DNA of 64,000 nucleotides from Eledone cirrhosa (Eukaryota): assembly GCA_964016885.1 (NCBI GenBank), contig OZ024744.1:3224001-3288000 (forward strand), in the 5' to 3' direction. Below the pieces are notes generated by a model that was not told where the DNA came from, did not search any database, and saw only the letters and a list, made by a program, of their open reading frames with translations. This document shows, piece after piece, positions 53,821-63,760 of this stretch. Made by a program: the position numbers and the translations under genes. How positions within the stretch are numbered: the stretch's first letter is position 1; each line of letters starts with the position of its first letter.

Positions 53821-56800
53821 ACGTAGAGAAAGATAGCTTGGTGAAGAACGAAGTTTTGGGGAAGACAATGTAGAGAAAGATAGCTTGGTGAAGAACGAAG
53901 TTTTGGGGGAAGACAAGGTAGAGAAAGATAGCTTGGTGAAGAACGAAGTTTTGAGGGAAGGCAAGGTAGAGAGAGATAGCTTGGTGAATAACAAAGTTTT
54001 GAGGGTAGACAAGTTAGAGAAAGATAGCTTGGTGAAGAACGACGTTTTGAGGGAAGACAAGATAGAGAAAGATAGCTTGGTGAAGAACGACGTTTTGTGG
54101 GAAGACAAGGTAGAGAAAGATAGCTTGGTGAAGAACGAAGTTTTGTGGGAAGACAAGGTAGAGAAAGATAGCTTGGTGAAGAACGAAGTTTTGGGGGAAG
54201 ACAAGATAGAGAAAGATAGCTTGGTGAAGAACGAAGTTTTGAGGGAAGGCAAGGTAGAGAAAGATAGCTTGGTGAATAACAAAGTTTTGGGAGAAGACAA
54301 GGTCGAGAAAGATAGCTTGGTGGAGAACGAAGTTTTGAGGGTAGACAAGGTAGAGAAAGATAGCTTGGTGAAGAACGACGTTTTGAGGGAAGACAAGATA
54401 GAGAAAGATAGCTTGGTGAAGAACGACGTTTTGTGGGAAGACAAGGTAGAGAAAGATAGCTTGGTGAAGAACGAAGTTTTGTGGGAAGACAAGGTAGAGA
54501 AAGATAGCTTGGTGAAGAACGAAGTTTTGGGGGAAGACAAGGTAGAGAAAGATAGCTTGGTGAAGAACGAAGTTTTGGGGGAAGACAAGGTAGAGAAAGA
54601 TAGCTTGGTGAAGAACGAAGTTTTGGGGGAAATCAAGGTAGAGAATAATAGTTTGGTGAAGAACGAAGTTTTGGGGGAAGACAAGATAGAGAAAGATAGC
54701 TTGGTGAAGAACGAAGTTTTGGGGGAAGACAAGGTAGAGAAAGATAGCTTGGTGAAGAACGACGTTTTGTGGGAAGACAAGGTAGAGAAAGATAGCTTGG
54801 TGAAGAACGAAGTTTTGGGGAAAGACAAGGTAGAGAAAGATAGCTTGGTGAAGAACGAAGTTTTGGGGGAAGACAAGGTAGAGAAAGATAGCTTGGTGAA
54901 GAACGAAGTTTTGGGGGAAGACAAGGTAGAGAAAGATAGCTTGGTGAAGAACGAAGTTTTGGGGAAGACAATGTAGAGAAAGATAGCTTGGTGAAGAACG
55001 AAGTTTTGGGGGAAGACAAGGTAGAGAAAGATAGCTTGGTGAATAACAAAGTTTTGGGAGAAGACAAGGTCGAGAAAGATAGCTTGGTGAAGAACGAAAT
55101 TTTGAGGGAAGACAAGGTAGAGAAAGATAGCTTGGTGAAGAACGACGTTTTGAGGGAAGACAAGATAGAGAAAGATAGCTTGGTGAAGAACGACGTTTTG
55201 TGGGAAGACAAGGTAGAGAAAGATAGCTTGGTGAAGAACGAAGTTTTGAGGGAAGGCAAGGTAGAGAGAGATAGCTTGGTGAATAACAAAGTTTTGAGGG
55301 TAGACAAGTTAGAGAAAGATAGCTTGGTGAAGAACGACGTTTTGAGGGAAGACAAGATAGAGAAAGATAGCTTGGTGAAGAACGACGTTTTGTGGGAAGA
55401 CAAGGTAGAGAAAGATAGCTTGGTGAAGAACGAAGTTTTGTGGGAAGACAAGGTAGAGAAAGATAGCTTGGTGAAGAACGAAGTTTTGGGGGAAGACAAG
55501 ATAGAGAAAGATAGCTTGGTGAAGAACGAAGTTTTGAGGGAAGGCAAGGTAGAGAAAGATAGCTTGGTGAATAACAAAGTTTTGGGAGAAGACAAGGTCG
55601 AGAAAGATAGCTTGGTGAAGAACGAAGTTTTGAGGGTAGACAAGGTAGAGAAAGATAGCTTGGTGAAGAACGACGTTTTGAGGGAAGACAAGATAGAGAA
55701 AGATAGCTTGGTGAAGAACGACGTTTTGTGGGAAGACAAGGTAGAGAAAGATAGCTTGGTGAAGAACGAAGTTTTGTGGGAAGACAAGGTAGAGAAAGAT
55801 AGCTTGGTGAAGAACGAAGTTTTGGGGGAAGACAAGATAGAGAAAGATAGCTTGGTGAAGAACGAAGTTTTGAGGGAAGGCAAGGTAGAGAAAGATAGCT
55901 TGGTGAAGAACGAAGTTTTGAGGGAAGGCAAGGTAGAGAGAGATAGCTTGGTGAATAACAAAGTTTTGAGGGTAGACAAGTTAGAGAAAGATAGCTTGGT
56001 GAAGAACGACGTTTTGAGGGAAGACAAGATAGAGAAAGATAGCTTGGTGAAGAACGACGTTTTGTGGGAAGACAAGGTAGAGAAAGATAGCTTGGTGAAG
56101 AACGAAGTTTTGTGGGAAGACAAGGTAGAGAAAGATAGCTTGGTGAAGAACGAAGTTTTGGGGGAAGACAAGATAGAGAAAGATAGCTTGGTGAAGAACG
56201 AAGTTTTGAGGGAAGGCAAGGTAGAGAAAGATAGCTTGGTGAATAACAAAGTTTTGGGAGAAGACAAGGTCGAGAAAGATAGCTTGGTGAAGAACGAAGT
56301 TTTGAGGGTAGACAAGGTAGAGAAAGATAGCTTGGTGAAGAACGACGTTTTGAGGGAAGACAAGATAGAGAAAGATAGCTTGGTGAAGAACGACGTTTTG
56401 TGGGAAGACAAGGTAGAGAAAGATAGCTTGGTGAAGAACGACGTTTTGGGGGAAGACAAGGTAGAGAAAGATAGCTTGGTGAAGAACGAAGTTTTGGGGG
56501 AAGACAAGGTAGAGAAAGATAGCTTGGTGAAGAACGAAGTTTTGGGGGAAGACAAGGTAGAGAAAGATAGCTTGGTGAAGAACGAAGTTTTGGGGGAAGA
56601 CAAGGTAGAGAAAGATAGCTTGGTGAAGAACGAAGTTTTGAGGGAAGGCAAGGGAGAGAAAGATAGCTTGGTGAATAACAAAGTTTTGGGAGAAGACAAG
56701 GTCGAGAAAGATAGCTTGGTGAAGAACGAAGTTTTGAGGGTAGACAAGGTAGAGAAAGATAGCTTGGTGAAGAACGACGTTTTGAGGGAAGACAAGATAG

Positions 56801-59800
56801 AGAAAGATAGCTTGGTGAAGAACGACGTTTTGTGGGAAGACAAGGTAGAGAAAGATAGCTTGGTGAAGAACGAAGTTTTGTGGGAAGACAAGGTAGAGAA
56901 AGATAGCTTGGTGAAGAACGAAGTTTTGGGGGAAGATAAGGTAGAGAAAGATAGCTTGGTGAAGAACGAAGTTTTGGGGGAAGACAAGGTAGAGAAAGAT
57001 AGCTTGGTGAAGAACGAAGTTTTGGGGGAAGACAAGGTAGAGAAAGATAGCTTGGTGAAGAACGAAGTTTTGGGGGAAGACAAGGTAGAGAAAGATAGCT
57101 TGGTGAAGAACGATGTTTTGGGGAAGACAATGTAGAGAAAGATAGCTTGGTAAAGAACGAAGTTTTGCGGGAAGACAAGGTAGAGAAAGATAGCTTGGTG
57201 AAGAACGAAGTTTTGAGGGAAGACAAGGTATAGAAAGATAGCTTGGTGAATAACGAAGTTTTGGGAGAAGACAAGGTCGAGAAAGATAGCTTGGTGAAGA
57301 ACGAAGTTTTGAGGGAAGACAATGTAGAGAAAGATAGCTTGGTGAAGAACGAAGTTTTGGGGGAAGACAAGGTAGAGAAAGATAGCTTGGTGAAGAACGA
57401 AGTTTTGGGGGAAGACAAGGTAGAGAAAGATAGCTTGGTGAAGAACGAAGTTTTGAGGGAAGACAAGGTAGAGAAAGATATATTGGTGAAGAACGAAGTT
57501 TTGGGGGAAGACAAGGTAGAGAAAGATAGCTTGGTGAAGAACGAAGTTTTGAGGGAAGACAAGGTAGAGAAAGATAGCTTGGTGAATAACGAAGTTTTGG
57601 GAGAAGACAAGGTAGAGAAAGATAGCTTGGTGAAGAACGACGTTTTGAGGGAAGACAACGTAGAGAAAGATAGCTTGGTGAAGAACGAAGTTTTGGGGAA
57701 GACAATGTAGAGAAAGATAGCTTGGTGAAGAACGAAGTTTTGGGGGAAGACAAGGTAGAGAAAGATAGCTTGGTGAAGAACGAAGTTTTGAGGGAAGGCA
57801 AGGTAGAGAGAGATAGCTTGGTGAATAACAAAGTTTTGAGGGTAGACAAGTTAGAGAAAGATAGCTTGGTGAAGAACGACGTTTTGAGGGAAGACAAGAT
57901 AGAGAAAGATAGCTTGGTGAAGAACGACGTTTTGTGGGAAGACAAGGTAGAGAAAGATAGCTTGGTGAAGAACGAAGTTTTGTGGGAAGACAAGGTAGAG
58001 AAAGATAGCTTGGTGAAGAACGAAGTTTTGGGGGAAGACAAGATAGAGAAAGATAGCTTGGTGAAGAACGAAGTTTTGAGGGAAGGCAAGGTAGAGAAAG
58101 ATAGCTTGGTGAATAACAAAGTTTTGGGAGAAGACAAGGTCGAGAAAGATAGCTTGGTGGAGAACGAAGTTTTGAGGGTAGACAAGGTAGAGAAAGATAG
58201 CTTGGTGAAGAACGACGTTTTGAGGGAAGACAAGATAGAGAAAGATAGCTTGGTGAAGAACGACGTTTTGTGGGAAGACAAGGTAGAGAAAGATAGCTTG
58301 GTGAAGAACGAAGTTTTGTGGGAAGACAAGGTAGAGAAAGATAGCTTGGTGAAGAACGAAGTTTTGGGGGAAGACAAGGTAGAGAAAGATAGCTTGGTGA
58401 AGAACGAAGTTTTGGGGGAAGACAAGGTAGAGAAAGATAGCTTGGTGAAGAACGAAGTTTTGGGGGAAATCAAGGTAGAGAATAATAGTTTGGTGAAGAA
58501 CGAAGTTTTGGGGGAAGACAAGATAGAGAAAGATAGCTTGGTGAAGAACGAAGTTTTGGGGGAAGACAAGGTAGAGAAAGATAGCTTGGTGAAGAACGAC
58601 GTTTTGTGGGAAGACAAGGTAGAGAAAGATAGCTTGGTGAAGAACGAAGTTTTGGGGAAAGACAAGGTAGAGAAAGATAGCTTGGTGAAGAACGAAGTTT
58701 TGGGGGAAGACAAGGTAGAGAAAGATAGCTTGGTGAAGAACGAAGTTTTGGGGGAAGACAAGGTAGAGAAAGATAGCTTGGTGAAGAACGAAGTTTTGGG
58801 GAAGACAATGTAGAGAAAGATAGCTTGGTGAAGAACGAAGTTTTGGGGGAAGACAAGGTAGAGAAAGATAGCTTGGTGAATAACAAAGTTTTGGGAGAAG
58901 ACAAGGTCGAGAAAGATAGCTTGGTGAAGAACGAAATTTTGAGGGAAGACAAGGTAGAGAAAGATAGCTTGGTGAAGAACGACGTTTTGAGGGAAGACAA
59001 GATAGAGAAAGATAGCTTGGTGAAGAACGACGTTTTGTGGGAAGACAAGGTAGAGAAAGATAGCTTGGTGAAGAACGAAGTTTTGAGGGAAGGCAAGGTA
59101 GAGAGAGATAGCTTGGTGAATAACAAAGTTTTGAGGGTAGACAAGTTAGAGAAAGATAGCTTGGTGAAGAACGACGTTTTGAGGGAAGACAAGATAGAGA
59201 AAGATAGCTTGGTGAAGAACGACGTTTTGTGGGAAGACAAGGTAGAGAAAGATAGCTTGGTGAAGAACGAAGTTTTGTGGGAAGACAAGGTAGAGAAAGA
59301 TAGCTTGGTGAAGAACGAAGTTTTGGGGGAAGACAAGATAGAGAAAGATAGCTTGGTGAAGAACGAAGTTTTGAGGGAAGGCAAGGTAGAGAAAGATAGC
59401 TTGGTGAATAACAAAGTTTTGGGAGAAGACAAGGTCGAGAAAGATAGCTTGGTGAAGAACGAAGTTTTGAGGGTAGACAAGGTAGAGAAAGATAGCTTGG
59501 TGAAGAACGACGTTTTGGGGGAAGACAAGGTAGAGAAAGATAGCTTGGTGAAGAACGAAGTTTTGAGGGAAGACAAGGTAGAGAAAGATATATTGGTGAA
59601 GAACGAAGTTTTGGGGGAAGACAAGGTAGAGAAAGATAGCTTGGTGAAGAACGAAGTTTTGAGGGAAGGCAAGGTAGAGAAAGATAGCTTGGTGAAGAAC
59701 GAAGTTTTGAGGGAAGGCAAGGTAGAGAGAGATAGCTTGGTGAATAACAAAGTTTTGAGGGTAGACAAGTTAGAGAAAGATAGCTTGGTGAAGAACGACG

Positions 59801-62800
59801 TTTTGAGGGAAGACAAGATAGAGAAAGATAGCTTGGTGAAGAACGACGTTTTGTGGGAAGACAAGGTAGAGAAAGATAGCTTGGTGAAGAACGAAGTTTT
59901 GTGGGAAGACAAGGTAGAGAAAGATAGCTTGGTGAAGAACGAAGTTTTGGGGGAAGACAAGATAGAGAAAGATAGCTTGGTGAAGAACGAAGTTTTGAGG
60001 GAAGGCAAGGTAGAGAAAGATAGCTTGGTGAATAACAAAGTTTTGGGAGAAGACAAGGTCGAGAAAGATAGCTTGGTGAAGAACGAAGTTTTGAGGGTAG
60101 ACAAGGTAGAGAAAGATAGCTTGGTGAAGAACGACGTTTTGAGGGAAGACAAGATAGAGAAAGATAGCTTGGTGAAGAACGACGTTTTGTGGGAAGACAA
60201 GGTAGAGAAAGATAGCTTGGTGAAGAACGACGTTTTGGGGGAAGACAAGGTAGAGAAAGATAGCTTGGTGAAGAACGAAGTTTTGGGGGAAGACAAGGTA
60301 GAGAAAGATAGCTTGGTGAAGAACGAAGTTTTGGGGGAAGACAAGGTAGAGAAAGATAGCTTGGTGAAGAACGAAGTTTTGGGGGAAGACAAGGTAGAGA
60401 AAGATAGCTTGGTGAAGAACGAAGTTTTGAGGGAAGGCAAGGGAGAGAAAGATAGCTTGGTGAATAACAAAGTTTTGGGAGAAGACAAGGTCGAGAAAGA
60501 TAGCTTGGTGAAGAACGAAGTTTTGAGGGTAGACAAGGTAGAGAAAGATAGCTTGGTGAAGAACGACGTTTTGAGGGAAGACAAGATAGAGAAAGATAGC
60601 TTGGTGAAGAACGACGTTTTGTGGGAAGACAAGGTAGAGAAAGATAGCTTGGTGAAGAACGAAGTTTTGTGGGAAGACAAGGTAGAGAAAGATAGCTTGG
60701 TGAAGAACGAAGTTTTGGGGGAAGACAAGGTAGAGAAAGATAGCTTGGTGAAGAACGAAGTTTTGGGGGAAGACAAGGTAGAGAAAGATAGCTTGGTGAA
60801 GAACGAAGTTTTGGGGGAAGACAAGGTAGAGAAAGATAGCTTGGTGAAGAACGAAGTTTTGGGGGAAGACAAGGTAGAGAAAGATAGCTTGGTGAAGAAC
60901 GATGTTTTGGGGAAGACAATGTAGAGAAAGATAGCTTGGTAAAGAACGAAGTTTTGCGGGAAGACAAGGTAGAGAAAGATAGCTTGGTGAAGAACGAAGT
61001 TTTGAGGGAAGACAAGGTATAGAAAGATAGCTTGGTGAATAACGAAGTTTTGGGAGAAGACAAGGTCGAGAAAGATAGCTTGGTGAAGAACGAAGTTTTG
61101 AGGGAAGACAATGTAGAGAAAGATAGCTTGGTGAAGAACGAAGTTTTGGGGGAAGACAAGGTAGAGAAAGATAGCTTGGTGAAGAACGAAGTTTTGGGGG
61201 AAGACAAGGTAGAGAAAGATAGCTTGGTGAAGAACGAAGTTTTGAGGGAAGACAAGGTAGAGAAAGATATATTGGTGAAGAACGAAGTTTTGGGGGAAGA
61301 CAAGGTAGAGAAAGATAGCTTGGTGAAGAACGAAGTTTTGAGGGAAGACAAGGTAGAGAAAGATAGCTTGGTGAATAACGAAGTTTTGGGAGAAGACAAG
61401 GTAGAGAAAGATAGCTTGGTGAAGAACGACGTTTTGAGGGAAGACAACGTAGAGAAAGATAGCTTGGTGAAGAACGAAGTTTTGGGGAAGACAATGTAGA
61501 GAAAGATAGCTTGGTGAAGAACGAAGTTTTGGGGGAAGACAAGGTAGAGAAAGATAGCTTGGTGAAGAACGAAGTTTTGAGGGAAGGCAAGGTAGAGAGA
61601 GATAGCTTGGTGAATAACAAAGTTTTGAGGGTAGACAAGTTAGAGAAAGATAGCTTGGTGAAGAACGACGTTTTGAGGGAAGACAAGATAGAGAAAGATA
61701 GCTTGGTGAAGAACGACGTTTTGTGGGAAGACAAGGTAGAGAAAGATAGCTTGGTGAAGAACGAAGTTTTGTGGGAAGACAAGGTAGAGAAAGATAGCTT
61801 GGTGAAGAACGAAGTTTTGGGGGAAGACAAGATAGAGAAAGATAGCTTGGTGAAGAACGAAGTTTTGAGGGAAGGCAAGGTAGAGAAAGATAGCTTGGTG
61901 AATAACAAAGTTTTGGGAGAAGACAAGGTCGAGAAAGATAGCTTGGTGGAGAACGAAGTTTTGAGGGTAGACAAGGTAGAGAAAGATAGCTTGGTGAAGA
62001 ACGACGTTTTGAGGGAAGACAAGATAGAGAAAGATAGCTTGGTGAAGAACGACGTTTTGTGGGAAGACAAGGTAGAGAAAGATAGCTTGGTGAAGAACGA
62101 AGTTTTGTGGGAAGACAAGGTAGAGAAAGATAGCTTGGTGAAGAACGAAGTTTTGGGGGAAGACAAGGTAGAGAAAGATAGCTTGGTGAAGAACGAAGTT
62201 TTGGGGGAAGACAAGGTAGAGAAAGATAGCTTGGTGAAGAACGAAGTTTTGGGGGAAATCAAGGTAGAGAATAATAGTTTGGTGAAGAACGAAGTTTTGG
62301 GGGAAGACAAGATAGAGAAAGATAGCTTGGTGAAGAACGAAGTTTTGGGGGAAGACAAGGTAGAGAAAGATAGCTTGGTGAAGAACGACGTTTTGTGGGA
62401 AGACAAGGTAGAGAAAGATAGCTTGGTGAAGAACGAAGTTTTGGGGAAAGACAAGGTAGAGAAAGATAGCTTGGTGAAGAACGAAGTTTTGGGGGAAGAC
62501 AAGGTAGAGAAAGATAGCTTGGTGAAGAACGAAGTTTTGGGGGAAGACAAGGTAGAGAAAGATAGCTTGGTGAAGAACGAAGTTTTGGGGAAGACAATGT
62601 AGAGAAAGATAGCTTGGTGAAGAACGAAGTTTTGGGGGAAGACAAGGTAGAGAAAGATAGCTTGGTGAATAACAAAGTTTTGGGAGAAGACAAGGTCGAG
62701 AAAGATAGCTTGGTGAAGAACGAAATTTTGAGGGAAGACAAGGTAGAGAAAGATAGCTTGGTGAAGAACGACGTTTTGAGGGAAGACAAGATAGAGAAAG

Positions 62801-63760
62801 ATAGCTTGGTGAAGAACGACGTTTTGTGGGAAGACAAGGTAGAGAAAGATAGCTTGGTGAAGAACGAAGTTTTGAGGGAAGGCAAGGTAGAGAGAGATAG
62901 CTTGGTGAATAACAAAGTTTTGAGGGTAGACAAGTTAGAGAAAGATAGCTTGGTGAAGAACGACGTTTTGAGGGAAGACAAGATAGAGAAAGATAGCTTG
63001 GTGAAGAACGACGTTTTGTGGGAAGACAAGGTAGAGAAAGATAGCTTGGTGAAGAACGAAGTTTTGTGGGAAGACAAGGTAGAGAAAGATAGCTTGGTGA
63101 AGAACGAAGTTTTGGGGGAAGACAAGATAGAGAAAGATAGCTTGGTGAAGAACGAAGTTTTGAGGGAAGGCAAGGTAGAGAAAGATAGCTTGGTGAATAA
63201 CAAAGTTTTGGGAGAAGACAAGGTCGAGAAAGATAGCTTGGTGAAGAACGAAGTTTTGAGGGTAGACAAGGTAGAGAAAGATAGCTTGGTGAAGAACGAC
63301 GTTTTGAGGGAAGACAAGATAGAGAAAGATAGCTTGGTGAAGAACGACGTTTTGTGGGAAGACAAGGTAGAGAAAGATAGCTTGGTGAAGAACGAAGTTT
63401 TGTGGGAAGACAAGGTAGAGAAAGATAGCTTGGTGAAGAACGAAGTTTTGGGGGAAGACAAGATAGAGAAAGATAGCTTGGTGAAGAACGAAGTTTTGAG
63501 GGAAGGCAAGGTAGAGAAAGATAGCTTGGTGAAGAACGAAGTTTTGAGGGAAGGCAAGGTAGAGAGAGATAGCTTGGTGAATAACAAAGTTTTGAGGGTA
63601 GACAAGTTAGAGAAAGATAGCTTGGTGAAGAACGACGTTTTGAGGGAAGACAAGATAGAGAAAGATAGCTTGGTGAAGAACGACGTTTTGTGGGAAGACA
63701 AGGTAGAGAAAGATAGCTTGGTGAAGAACGAAGTTTTGTGGGAAGACAAGGTAGAGAAAG
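52600..63760. repeat. Higher-order tandem repeat, about 3 copies, periods 3837 and 3789 bp (80 and 79 monomers)
   Basis: ORFs 53406/57243/61032 and 53885/57722/61511 are identical. Markers GTAGAGAGAGAT, GTGGAGAACG and GACAACGTAG recur at these offsets. Confidence 0.92.

Noticed and set aside
71-62602. About 100 plus-strand ORFs encoding (VKNEVLGEDKVEKDSL)n
   Set aside because: They are translations of the repeat with arbitrary TTG/GTG starts inside monomers and have no unique N- or C-terminal domain. Frameshift and TAG-bearing monomers have been freely amplified, and many common variants are non-conservative (G>R/W).
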